This document shows, in pieces, positions 1-8,558 of a stretch of DNA of 41,367 nt. A model generated the notes under the pieces. The model was not told the origin of the DNA. It made no database searches and was given only the letters and a program-made list of their open reading frames with translations. The position numbers and the translations under genes were made by a program. Location of the stretch: contig JAENWE010000043.1 in NCBI GenBank assembly GCA_016650185.1, positions 1 through 41,367 of the forward strand, in the 5' to 3' direction. The first letter of the stretch is position 1; each line of letters begins with the position of its first letter. This DNA is from Vicinamibacteria bacterium (GTDB taxonomy: Bacteria > Acidobacteriota > Vicinamibacteria > Fen-336 > JAGNNV01).

Positions 1-150
1 CCGAGGCCCTGATCGCGCGCGGTCATGACCACCGCCGCCGCCACCCGGCCCGCGACACGTCGCAGTTCCCGAACTGGTGGGAAGAGGCTGCCGGAGGCGA
101 TGTCCTCGTCGGGCAGAAGGGCTTCAAGGCCGAAGGAGGGTCATTCCTCC

Positions 151-738
151 TCACTGACTCTTGTCCTCTTGTTCTGGTCGAGCGTGCGCCCCGGTCATGC
201 CTGGCCCGGAGAGGGCGGTCGCCACCAGAACCGGACCATCGTTTTGGGCGCCCCCGCGCACCAGCAAGACCGGCCCATGAGAGTGTTGAATGACACGCCG
301 GGCAACGGAGCCCAGCCGGCCCTCCGTCTCCTCCGCTCCGGTCGGCCCAATGACGACAAGGTCAGCCTCCATTTCTTCCGCTATCTCCACGATGATCGCG
401 GCGGGCGAGCCTATGTGCACCTCGACATTCACATCCGCCCGGGGGCGCGAGGTGAGTTCTTCGACGCGCTCGGAAATGATCTTGGTGGCACGGCGGGCGA
501 AGGTGGGAAACGACGCCATCGCTCTGTGGGCGATTTCTGGAAAGAGCACGTGGGTCGAGGATGCCTCAGCAACCGCGTACACGAACTCGAGAGACGCGGC
601 ATGACGCCTTGCCCACGCGTCCGCCTCCAGGATGACCCGGTCGCTGCCGGGACCGAGCTCGGTGGCACAGAGAATGCGTCGAGGACTAGATGGCGCCCAG
701 GGCTTCGAGTTCAGCCCACCGCGCGTAGAGGCGATCAA
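151..738 (-). CDS. Universal stress protein (UspA family)
   Basis: The translation shows USP hallmarks: N-terminal RILCATELGPGSD, ADLVVIGPTG and RLGSVARRVIQHSHGPVLLVR (the G-x2-G-x9-G-S/T region). The only in-frame start upstream of the conserved N-terminus is TTG at 738, which overlaps the ABC-F 3' end by 53 nt. The tail PVLVATALSGPG looks like the start of a second USP repeat that ends abruptly. Confidence 0.7.
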   Translation of the reverse strand: MIASTRGGLNSKPWAPSSPRRILCATELGPGSDRVILEADAWARRHAASLEFVYAVAEASSTHVLFPEIAHRAMASFPTFARRATKIISERVEELTSRPRADVNVEVHIGSPAAIIVEIAEEMEADLVVIGPTGAEETEGRLGSVARRVIQHSHGPVLLVRGGAQNDGPVLVATALSGPGMTGAHARPEQEDKSQ

Positions 739-2524
739 CCGCGCCCTGCGCCTCCGTGAGCGCCTCGTTGGCCCTGATCAAGGCCTGATAGTCGGAGGCG
801 ATGGCCGGATCGGCGACCTCGGCCTGAGCCGCTTCAAGCGCCTGCTCCGCCTCGAGAACATTCGCTTCCATCTGATCCCATTCGCGCTGGTCCTTGTAAC
901 CGAGCTTCTTCGCCTTTCCGGTCGAGGGCTTCTGTGGCGCTGGCTGCTGTGACGGTCGGCTGGCCGCTACCGGCGCGGGCGCCGTGGCGGTGGGCGGCGG
1001 CACGTACTCCCGCCCCTGGGCGTCTTCCCACTGAGCGCAGTCGGCAAAGGGAGTGAGGCCGCCGCGGCCATCGAGGGCAAGGATCTGGGTCGATACCCGG
1101 TCCAGAAGGTACCGGTCATGGGTAACGAGAACGAGCGCGCCGGGGAACTCGAGCAGGCTTTCTTCGAGAACTTCGAGAGTGGGGATGTCGAGATCGTTGG
1201 TGGGCTCATCAAGGAGCAGCACGTCCGCCGGCTCCAGCATCAGTTTGGCGATGACGACCCGAGCCTTCTCGCCGCCGGAGAGACGGCTTACCGGGGTGTC
1301 CAGTTGCTCCGGTCGAAACATGAACCGCTTGGCCCAGCCCACCACGTTGACGGATCGGCCATTGAATATCACCGCATCACCGGTGGCGCCGAGGGTTTGC
1401 CGGAGTGACACCGTCGGATCGAGCCGCGACCGGTGCTGATCGAACATCACGATCTGCAGGGCATCGGCATGCTTGATGGTTCCTGCGTCGGGCTTCTCGG
1501 TTCCGGCCAGCAGACGCATGAGGGTGGTCTTGCCGCTGCCGTTTCCGCCCAGGAGTCCGAGCCGCAGGCCGGGCGACAGAGTCAGATCCAGATTGGTGAC
1601 GATCGGCCGGCCACCGTAGCTCTTCGACAGGCCCTTGGCGAGGACGAGCTGCTTGGTCCTTCGCTCGGTGGCGGCGAAGTCGATGCCCACAATGGACTTC
1701 TGCGACCGCCGATCGAGATCGGCGAGCTCGCTCTGCATCCGGCCCGCCTCGTCGATCCGGGCCTGGGCCTTGCGGGTGCGCGCCTTGGCCTTGCGGGAGA
1801 GCCACACCAGCTCACCCCGCACCCGGTTCCGCAGGGAATCCTGGTACGCCGCCTGCCCGGCCAGAAGGTCATCCTTCTTCTCGAGGTATCGGCTGTAATT
1901 ACCGGCCACGTCGCACATACCGAGCGCAAAGGCCTTGTTCAGCTCGATCATTCGGCTGGTGATCGACTCGAGGAAGTAGCGATCATGGCTGATGGCCACG
2001 AACGCCTCGGGCTCGCGGGGGAGGAGGTCTTCGAGCCAGAGGATGCCTTCGAGATCGAGGTGGTTGGTGGGCTCGTCGAGGAGGAGCAACTCCGGCTCAC
2101 GAATCAACTCGCAGGCGATGGCGAGGCGCTTCTTCCACCCCCCGGAGAGGATCCCGGTTTTCACATTCGGATCGTCGAAACCCGACTTGCCCATCATGAT
2201 GGCCACGTTGGTGTCGACCTCATGCGGATCGAGCGTCCCGCCCTTGAGTGCCGCCCGCAGAATTTGTTCGACGGTGTGGTCGGGATCGAAGGTGGGATCC
2301 TGGGCCACGAAGCCGAAGCGTAGTCGCTTGCGCGCGGCACGGGTGCCGGTGCTCGGCTCTTCCAGGCCGGCCAGGATCTTCAGCAGGGTGGTCTTGCCCG
2401 AGCCGTTGGGGCCCACCAGACCGATGTGATCGCCCTCGAAAACACCGAAAGAGAGACCTTCAAAAAGAGGGGCGGAGCCGAAGGCTTTTCCCAGATCCTG
2501 ACAACTCAACAACAGCTCGGCCAT
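686..2524 (-). CDS. uup: ABC-F family ATPase, Uup-like (two ABC cassettes plus C-terminal coiled-coil domain, no membrane domain)
   Basis: There are two Walker A motifs (GPNGSGKTT, GGNGSGKTT), two signature motifs (LSGGWKKRLAIA, LSGGEKARVVIA) and two Walker B motifs (LLLLDEPTNHLD, VLLLDEPTNDLD). The C-terminus KKLGYKDQREWDQMEANVLEAEQALEAAQAEV is typical of the Uup coiled-coil tail. The symbol is assigned from architecture only. Confidence 0.88.
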   Translation of the reverse strand: MAELLLSCQDLGKAFGSAPLFEGLSFGVFEGDHIGLVGPNGSGKTTLLKILAGLEEPSTGTRAARKRLRFGFVAQDPTFDPDHTVEQILRAALKGGTLDPHEVDTNVAIMMGKSGFDDPNVKTGILSGGWKKRLAIACELIREPELLLLDEPTNHLDLEGILWLEDLLPREPEAFVAISHDRYFLESITSRMIELNKAFALGMCDVAGNYSRYLEKKDDLLAGQAAYQDSLRNRVRGELVWLSRKAKARTRKAQARIDEAGRMQSELADLDRRSQKSIVGIDFAATERRTKQLVLAKGLSKSYGGRPIVTNLDLTLSPGLRLGLLGGNGSGKTTLMRLLAGTEKPDAGTIKHADALQIVMFDQHRSRLDPTVSLRQTLGATGDAVIFNGRSVNVVGWAKRFMFRPEQLDTPVSRLSGGEKARVVIAKLMLEPADVLLLDEPTNDLDIPTLEVLEESLLEFPGALVLVTHDRYLLDRVSTQILALDGRGGLTPFADCAQWEDAQGREYVPPPTATAPAPVAASRPSQQPAPQKPSTGKAKKLGYKDQREWDQMEANVLEAEQALEAAQAEVADPAIASDYQALIRANEALTEAQGAVDRLYARWAELEALGAI

Positions 2525-2766
2525 TAATCCCCGCTCACCAGTCTCTCTTTGGCCTCCCGATCGAGGCGTTTGATCCGAATCTCTTCCTTGAGTCCGTCAC
2601 TCCACGAGTCGCACTCTTTCGACCACGCGAGCGTCACGGGAAGATGCGCGCGCGTGTAGCGCGAGCCTTTTCCATCCTGGTGCTGCTTCACTCGCACAAT
2701 CACGTCCTTGGCGACGCCCGTGTACAGCGACCCATCGCCGCAACGCAGCATGTAGACCCAGGGCAA
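2524..2766 (-). CDS. GIY-YIG nuclease superfamily protein (small stand-alone, UPF0213/YhbQ-like)
   Basis: The 80-aa ORF reads WVYMLRCGDGSLYTGVAKDVIVRVKQHQDGKGSRYTR, matching the GIY..YxG..R..H pattern. The start is TTG at 2766. Its TAA stop shares one nucleotide with the ATG of the ABC-F gene (TAATG at 2522-2526). Confidence 0.82.
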   Translation of the reverse strand: MPWVYMLRCGDGSLYTGVAKDVIVRVKQHQDGKGSRYTRAHLPVTLAWSKECDSWSDGLKEEIRIKRLDREAKERLVSGD

Positions 2767-2789
2767 GGAACGATTCTAGTTGACGCCGG

Positions 2790-3719
2790 TCAGACCTCCT
2801 CTTCCGCCTCCGACACGGCGCCGATGTGCTTCCGCATCGACGCGGCCCAGAAGGCCGCGGGTATGGCCAGGAGTTCAACCGCCATGAGGAACCGAGCCAT
2901 GCCTTCGAGGCGCCAGCTCAGGATCTGGGCGCCGGTTACCAGGTCGTTATCGATGCCTCCCTTCCCCTGGAGATACCAGGTTCTCTCGATGGTCGGACCG
3001 AGCAGGGAGTTGCCGAGCCGGATACCGGCGAAGAGGATCATGAAGGCCAGGAACGCATAGAGGGGTCGCTCGGCCTCCACTTTGCAGCCCCAACCGGTTA
3101 GACCGCGATACAAGAACAGGGCCGCGAAGGCGATCTCTCCTCCGTGGCCGCCGAGCGTGATGGCCAAGACCTCTCCGGTCCCGTTGTACATGAGGAAGTA
3201 CCCGACTGCGGCTCCGGCGAGAGCGATGAGAACTCCGGGCTTCTCTTTCTGCCACCAGGCCAGGATGAGCCAGCCCGCCACCCAGGCCCACACGATGAGG
3301 ACGGATCGTTCCAGATCGCTCATGGTCACCCCGCCGCCATTGCCGAAATCGAACGCCGGAATCGCGCTATAGCCAAACAGCCAGAGCACCACGGTGTGCC
3401 CGATCTCGTGAACCATCGTGGTGAGGGGGGAGAGGATGAAAGAGAGGAAGGGGAAGAAGGTCAGAGCCACGGCCATCCCGAAGCCGATGGCCCCGGCTTT
3501 CCATCCGGGGTGGGTGATCCCGAGAGTTTCGGGGGGTGGCGGCGGACTCCGAAAGGCCGGCAGGGGTGGCGCGAATCCCACCGGTCGGGCCGATGTCCCG
3601 GTGGTCCCAGACTGAGGCCCAACCGCGGCCGGCGCCCGCCACTTCGCGAAGATGATCCCGCAGGCCGGGCAATCGATGACCGCGTCGTCGGTCTGGACAG
3701 AGCAGCGTGGGCAGGTCAT
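2790..3719 (-). CDS. Membrane protein with N-terminal zinc ribbon and M50B-like HExxH metalloprotease core
   Basis: The N-terminus is MTCPRCSVQTDDAVIDCPACG (CxxC...CxxC). It is followed by a Pro-rich linker and several hydrophobic helices, one carrying MVHEIGHTVVLWLFGY (HExxH within a helix, as in Peptidase_M50B). The start is ATG at 3717-3719. Confidence 0.72.
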   Translation of the reverse strand: MTCPRCSVQTDDAVIDCPACGIIFAKWRAPAAVGPQSGTTGTSARPVGFAPPLPAFRSPPPPPETLGITHPGWKAGAIGFGMAVALTFFPFLSFILSPLTTMVHEIGHTVVLWLFGYSAIPAFDFGNGGGVTMSDLERSVLIVWAWVAGWLILAWWQKEKPGVLIALAGAAVGYFLMYNGTGEVLAITLGGHGGEIAFAALFLYRGLTGWGCKVEAERPLYAFLAFMILFAGIRLGNSLLGPTIERTWYLQGKGGIDNDLVTGAQILSWRLEGMARFLMAVELLAIPAAFWAASMRKHIGAVSEAEEEV

Positions 3720-3819
3720 GCTTCTGAGGGGAAGGACGCCTTACCATAACCCTCAGCCGGCCGTTTCTGTCGATCATGGTCGGTTCCGGCGACCGGAGGT
3801 GTGGTATGCAGAAAGAACG

Positions 3820-5121
3820 ATGACGAAAACGAGAACCGACTGCCTGAACCTCGATGCGAACGATCGCCTCGCGCCGTTGCGGGCGCATTTCATGACGGAA
3901 TCCGTCGACGCTCAGAGCCTCATCTATCTGGATGGCAATTCGCTCGGACTCCTGCCCCGGGCCACCCCGGCCAGGGTTCAGGAGGTGGTGCAGGGCGAGT
4001 GGGGAAGGGATCTGATTCGCAGCTGGAACGAAAACGGCTGGATGACGCTTTCGCAACGGATCGGCGACAAGATCGCACCGCTTCTAGGCGTTGGACCGGG
4101 CGAGGTTCTGGTCGCGGATTCCACCTCGGTGAATCTCTACAAGGTGTTGAGCGCCGCCCTGGCCCTGACCAAGGCGGATGCGCCGCGGCGTCGCCTCGTG
4201 GTGGCCGATCGAACCGACTTCCCGAGCGATCTCTATATCGCCGACTCCCTGTGCCGGGAGCGGGGTTTCGAGCTGGTGCTGGCCGACGATCAGGAGATCC
4301 TCTCGAGACTGGACGATCGCGTGGCCGTCCTTCAACTCACTCAGGTGAACTATCGGACCGGTCGTCGGCACCGTATGAGCGAGATCACGCGCGCCGCTCA
4401 CCGTGCGGGAGCGCTGGTCGTTTGGGACCTCTCGCACTCGGCCGGCGCCTTCCCCGTGAAGCTGAAGGGTGAGGGAGCGGCCGAAGATGTGGCGGATTTC
4501 GCTGTCGGTTGCGGGTACAAGTACCTCAATGGCGGTCCGGGCGCGCCCGCGTTTGTATGGGCGAATCCCGCGCACACGCAGCGCATGGACCGGGAGCACA
4601 CGGGGCAGCCGCTCTCGGGCTGGCTGGGACATGAAGCGCCGTTCGAGTTCGAGCCCGACTATCGCCCGGGAACCTCCATGTCGCGTTTTCTGTGCGGCAC
4701 ACCGCCCATACTCTCGCTCGCCGCTCTTGAATGCGGGGTCGATGTCTTTCAAGCCGCCCTCGCCCTGGGAGGCCTCAACGCTCTTTGCGAGAAGTCGATT
4801 GCGCTGACCGGGCTGTTCATCGATCTGGTTGAGTCGCGATGCGCCGGGCAGGGCCTCACCCTGGTCACGCCGCGGCGTAGCGACGAGCGGGGAAGCCAGG
4901 TCTGCTTCAGCCACGAAAGCGGCGCCTTCGCGATCATGAAAGCCGTGATCGAGCGGAATGTGATCGGTGACTTTCGCGCTCCGAACATCCTGCGTTTTGG
5001 CTTCGCTCCGCTCTACACGCGATTCGTCGATGTGTGGGACGCGGTCGATCGACTGGAGACCGTCCTCCGCACCAGCGAATGGCGGGACGCGCGGTTCAGC
5101 CTGCGCGAGGCGGTCACCTAG
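3820..5121 (+). CDS. kynU: Kynureninase
   Basis: Motifs are YLDGNSLGLLP, WGRDLIRSWNENGW, ADSTSVNLYKVL and the PLP-lysine region DFAVGCGYKYLNGGPGAPAFVWANP. The track ORF starts at 3652. I trimmed it to ATG 3820 (MTKTRTDCLNLD...), which gives about 433 aa and avoids overlap with the divergent gene. Confidence 0.9.
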   Translation: MTKTRTDCLNLDANDRLAPLRAHFMTESVDAQSLIYLDGNSLGLLPRATPARVQEVVQGEWGRDLIRSWNENGWMTLSQRIGDKIAPLLGVGPGEVLVADSTSVNLYKVLSAALALTKADAPRRRLVVADRTDFPSDLYIADSLCRERGFELVLADDQEILSRLDDRVAVLQLTQVNYRTGRRHRMSEITRAAHRAGALVVWDLSHSAGAFPVKLKGEGAAEDVADFAVGCGYKYLNGGPGAPAFVWANPAHTQRMDREHTGQPLSGWLGHEAPFEFEPDYRPGTSMSRFLCGTPPILSLAALECGVDVFQAALALGGLNALCEKSIALTGLFIDLVESRCAGQGLTLVTPRRSDERGSQVCFSHESGAFAIMKAVIERNVIGDFRAPNILRFGFAPLYTRFVDVWDAVDRLETVLRTSEWRDARFSLREAVT

Positions 5122-5127
5122 TCTGGG

Positions 5128-6282
5128 CTAGTCAGCGATCGCCTCGTGTTCGACGGTTTCGAATGCCGCGGGCAATGAGACCTCGAGAAGCTGCAGGTCT
5201 GGGGCGGAGTCCATAAGAGCCGTCTTCATCCCGAGTGGAATCACGAAGGAATCACCGGCGCTGAGTTTCTGAGCGGCATGCCCCTGTGCGTGGAGAGTCA
5301 GAGATCCCGACCAGATGAAGCCGAACAGGATATTGGCGTTGTGGCTGGTCCAAATCGGTGAGCCTTGACCGGCCGGCCTGGCGACTCTCACGGAGGCAGC
5401 ACCCGCGGAAGCCACGCTGATCCCGGTCTCCCGCGCCTCGAACCCGCTCAGTCGCCACGGCAGCCAGTCGGCCGCGTCGGCCTGGCTGCGGCGGAAGGTC
5501 TGGCCTCCGAACCGCCGGCCAGGATCTGAGGCCGGAGTTGGCAGGGCCATCTCGTGATCCATGGTGGTGACGTGTTCGGCGGGCACGCTCAGCTCGATCA
5601 CCTGCAGGTTCTCTGACGCCTCCAGGACGCGGTGCCGGATTCGAGGCGGTTGGATGACGCAGTCGCCCGCCTTCAGCACGAAAGGCGGTCCCTGATCCTC
5701 ATAGACCACTCGCACCCATCCGTGCGCGCAGAAGATCAACTGAAAACCCACATCATGGAAATGAACCATGTCAGGCACGGGTCCGGCGTCGGGAATGTGA
5801 ATGTGCGAGGCGATCACCGCTCCGCCGAGTCTTCCGGGAATCAGATCGCGGTAGCGCATGCCGGCGCGCCCGATCACCCAGGGGTCGCCGTCGGCCAGGC
5901 GGCGGACCACCAGGGCGTGTCGCGTGGGGGGAATCTCCACTGGTGGTGTGGCCTCGACGATGTGGATCCGAACGCCACCCGGGCTGGTCAGTTGCCGGGC
6001 GCCCGCGGCGAACGCGTCGGGGTTGAGGCAGGGAAGTCGCAGCACTCCGAGAGACGCGCCCGCTCCGCGGTCCAGTCGGAGGCGCACTCCGTGGCCGGAG
6101 AGAACGGCCTCCCGCGGATCGTCGGCGGGGAAGATCGTGTCGAGCCGGAACCCCAGCCGCACCGTGAAGAAGGCCAGGTCGGCGGTCAGGTCACGGGTGG
6201 GAAGGACCACTTCCATCGTCTGCGCGTTGTCCGGGCTCTGCGTCATGTCCTCTCCACCGTTGCTCAGCGAAGCGTTCAACAT
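5128..6282 (-). CDS. VOC (glyoxalase-like) N-terminal domain fused to two cupin barrels; function unknown
   Basis: The N-terminus VLPTRDLTADLAFFTVRLGFRLDTIFPADDPREAVLSGHGVRLRLD is glyoxalase/VOC-like. Two cupin-like segments follow (FHDVGFQLIFCAHGWVRVVYEDQGPPFVLKAGDCVIQPPRIRHRV and ILFGFIWSGSLTLHAQGHAAQKLSAGDSFVIPLG). The gene converges on kynU with 6 nt between the stops. Confidence 0.65.
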   Translation of the reverse strand: MLNASLSNGGEDMTQSPDNAQTMEVVLPTRDLTADLAFFTVRLGFRLDTIFPADDPREAVLSGHGVRLRLDRGAGASLGVLRLPCLNPDAFAAGARQLTSPGGVRIHIVEATPPVEIPPTRHALVVRRLADGDPWVIGRAGMRYRDLIPGRLGGAVIASHIHIPDAGPVPDMVHFHDVGFQLIFCAHGWVRVVYEDQGPPFVLKAGDCVIQPPRIRHRVLEASENLQVIELSVPAEHVTTMDHEMALPTPASDPGRRFGGQTFRRSQADAADWLPWRLSGFEARETGISVASAGAASVRVARPAGQGSPIWTSHNANILFGFIWSGSLTLHAQGHAAQKLSAGDSFVIPLGMKTALMDSAPDLQLLEVSLPAAFETVEHEAIAD

Positions 6283-6332
6283 ACTCGTCTCCGTTGGAGA
6301 TATTCTGAAGCCTCGCCGCCGTCATCGAAAGA

Positions 6333-6341
6333 CCCCCCCCC
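6333..6341 (+). repeat. Homopolymeric C9 tract 3 nt upstream of the DUF885 start codon
   Basis: Nine consecutive C are read directly at 6333-6341, and the ATG is at 6345. Confidence 0.9.
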
Positions 6342-6344
6342 GAA

Positions 6345-8087
6345 ATGCTCCGATCCGCCCTGACCTTGTCGCTGATCTCACTGGCCGCGTTCAGCCCGGC
6401 CGCGGAGACCGCGTCCGCCCGCCTGGTGCGCGAGGTGGGGGACGGCTACTTGCAGTTGCTCACCCGGGAGAACCCCATGCGCCGCTTGAAGCTGGGCCTT
6501 CCCATCGAGAAGCTGCCCGGCGTCACCCTGGCGGATGAAGAACGGGTGGCGAAGGAGGCGAGCGGCCTGCTCGCGCGCCTGACCCCGGTGAAGCGCAAGG
6601 AACTGACGCACGAGGAAAGCCTTTCGCTGGACGTGCTCACCCGGCAGCTCACCCTCCAGATCGACGCGCCGAAGAGCTTCTATTACCGCTTCCAGGTGAC
6701 GCCCTACCTTTCGCCCCTTGGCGCGGTGAGCCAGATCTTCTCCGCCCTTCCCCTCGCCACCGCCGCCGATCGCGACCTCTACCTGGCTCGACTGGCCGAG
6801 GTTCCAGGCCTTGCCTCGGCCATCGGGGCGAATCTCCAGACCCAGGCGGACAAGGGGATCCGGGTCCCGAAGCCCGAACTCGATCAGGTCGATGGGCTGC
6901 TGAAGGCCTTCGCGGGAACCGGGGAGGCCAGTCCCTTCCGACCGAAGGCGAACCGCCTCGCGTCACTTGCCACGAGCGACCGCGACGCCTTCCTTGGCGC
7001 GGTGGACAAACTGGTCAAGAAAGAGGCGGCGCCTGCGGTTTCGAGGCTCGCGGCCGCGGTCTCGGGCGACTACCGGGCGAAGGCGCCGGAAACAGTCGGG
7101 ATGAAGCAATACCCCGGCGGCCTCGACATGTACCGGGAGTTCGTGAAGCTTCACACCACCATGGACGCGACCCCGGAGCAGGTGCATCAGATCGGTCTTA
7201 AGAATGTGGCCCGGATCTCCGCGGAGATGGCGGCCATCCGGGAGGAACTCGGTTTCAAGGGCACGCAGGCCGAGTTCAAGGAGTCTCTCCGCGGCAATCC
7301 CCGTGTCTATCCGAAGACGCCGGACGAGATCGGGGAGAGGCTGATGAGCTACATCACGCGCATCGAACCCGAGGTCGATCACTACTTCGGCCGGCGACCG
7401 AACGCACCCTATGGGGTGAAACGGCTCGACCCCCAGCTCGAAGCCGGCCAGACCTTTGGCTATTACCAGATTCCGACCGCCACTGAACCCCGCGGGTACT
7501 ACAACTACAACGGTTCGAACCTCGCCGAGCGCTCGCTCCTCAACGCGGGGGCCCTCATCTATCACGAGCTCATCCCAGGTCATCACTTCCAGATCAATCT
7601 GGCCTTCGAGAACCCAGGGATCCCCGAGTTCCGGCGGGAATCCTTCGACACCGCCTTCACCGAGGGGTGGGGCGAATACGCGGCCGGGCTCGCCGGAGAG
7701 ATGGGGATGTACAAGGATGCCTACGATCGTTACGGGCGCCTTTCCATGGAGATGTTCGTGTCGATTCGGCTGGTGGTCGACACCGGCATGAACGCCCTCG
7801 GCTGGTCGCGGGAGCGCGCCATCGACTACATGAAAGAGAACGCCATGGAGTCCGACACCCAGATCCTCAGCGAGACCCTGCGCTACTCCTGCGACATGCC
7901 CGGGCAGGCCCTGGCCTACAAGATGGGGGCGATGAAGATCCTCGAACTGCGGGAGAAGGCGAAGGCCGTCCTCGGGCCCCGGTTCGACATCCGGCGATTT
8001 CATGACTGGATTCTCGCCAGCGGCTCGCTGCCCATGACCACCCTGGAGAGCCACGTCCAGGCCTTCATCGACGCTTCGAAGATGTAG
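6345..8087 (+). CDS. DUF885 family protein (secreted or lipoprotein, metallopeptidase-like HExxH-type site)
   Basis: The signal-like N-terminus is MLRSALTLSLISLAAFSPAAE. The family-typical motifs are HELIPGHHFQ and TEGWGEYAA, and the length (580 aa) is typical of DUF885. Confidence 0.88.
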   Translation: MLRSALTLSLISLAAFSPAAETASARLVREVGDGYLQLLTRENPMRRLKLGLPIEKLPGVTLADEERVAKEASGLLARLTPVKRKELTHEESLSLDVLTRQLTLQIDAPKSFYYRFQVTPYLSPLGAVSQIFSALPLATAADRDLYLARLAEVPGLASAIGANLQTQADKGIRVPKPELDQVDGLLKAFAGTGEASPFRPKANRLASLATSDRDAFLGAVDKLVKKEAAPAVSRLAAAVSGDYRAKAPETVGMKQYPGGLDMYREFVKLHTTMDATPEQVHQIGLKNVARISAEMAAIREELGFKGTQAEFKESLRGNPRVYPKTPDEIGERLMSYITRIEPEVDHYFGRRPNAPYGVKRLDPQLEAGQTFGYYQIPTATEPRGYYNYNGSNLAERSLLNAGALIYHELIPGHHFQINLAFENPGIPEFRRESFDTAFTEGWGEYAAGLAGEMGMYKDAYDRYGRLSMEMFVSIRLVVDTGMNALGWSRERAIDYMKENAMESDTQILSETLRYSCDMPGQALAYKMGAMKILELREKAKAVLGPRFDIRRFHDWILASGSLPMTTLESHVQAFIDASKM

Positions 8088-8143
8088 GCACGCCAGGGAT
8101 CCCCCAGGGATCGCCGCCCGGGCCGTGGCGGTATCCTCGGGTC

Positions 8144-8497
8144 ATGCTGCTCCACTTAAAAGGATTCGGCATGTCTCGCTTCATGGCCCTTCTCATCCAC
8201 GACTTCGGCGGATTTCCAGAAGCGCTCTATCGGATGCGGTACCCCGCCAAGGGCGACCCTGCGCTCGCCACCCGGGTGGTGGAGTTGCTCGGATCCGACC
8301 TTGCCTCCGCGAGCCTCGACTGCGGGCTCGACCATGGGACATGGTCGGTGCTGTGCCACCTGAGGCCGAAGGCCGATTGTCCGGTGGTTCAACTGAGGAT
8401 CGACGACGAGGCGAGTGTGGATCAGCCCGCCCGGGCCGTCAAGCCCTGGCCGGGGGCTCCACTTTTGCGGCTGGATCGGATAGTGTTCCGCTCGTAA
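8144..8497 (+). pseudogene. Truncated remnant of a LigB-family 4,5-DOPA dioxygenase extradiol (ygiD-like) gene
   Basis: The translation IHDFGGFPEALYRMRYPAKGDPALATRVVELL...GLDHGTWSVLCHLRPKADCPVVQLRID matches the central part of E. coli YgiD from memory (IHDFGGFPQALYDTHYPAPGSPALAQRLVELL...FDHGSWGVL...YPDADIPMVQLSID). About 80 N-terminal residues have no room upstream (the DUF885 stop is at 8087). The C-terminal half of about 140 aa is missing or out of frame. Confidence 0.6.
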
Positions 8498-8558
8498 CGC
8501 TTCCGAGTCCTTGGGCCGGGGGCAGCCCCGGCCCGGCCTACACGAGGGAATAACCATC

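Noticed and set aside
1-143. A minus-strand open frame runs off the left edge. It reads LEALLPDEDIASGSLFPPVRELRRVAGRVAAAVVMTARDQGL, which resembles the C-terminal region of NAD(P)-malic enzymes.
   Set aside because: Only about 44 codons are visible. They are preceded by an in-frame TGA (141-143) with no ATG or GTG start. The upstream space where the ~480-aa N-terminal part would lie is occupied by the USP and ABC-F genes. It is either a gene fragment or an over-reading of a short match, and it cannot be supported from this window.
25-759. A plus-strand 244-aa ORF at the left end.
   Set aside because: The translation is low-complexity and Arg/Pro/Gly-rich, and it is antisense to the USP gene, which has clear family motifs.
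7505-7525. A GGTTCGAACC string resembling a tRNA T-loop/T-stem.
   Set aside because: It lies in frame inside the DUF885 CDS (encoding NGSNLAE), and there is no acceptor or anticodon stem context around it.
6963-8054. This is a long antisense ORF (363 aa) opposite the DUF885 gene. Similar ORFs occur at 1433-2323, 12784-13599, 14256-14825, 19771-21132, 21683-23146, 24079-24927, 26216-26923, 27093-27857, 30899-31519, 35708-36433, 36430-37275, 37918-38544 and 38663-39358.
   Set aside because: These are shadow frames typical of GC-rich DNA. Their translations are Arg/Gly/Pro/His-rich with no domain motifs, and each lies fully inside a gene on the other strand that has clear family signatures.
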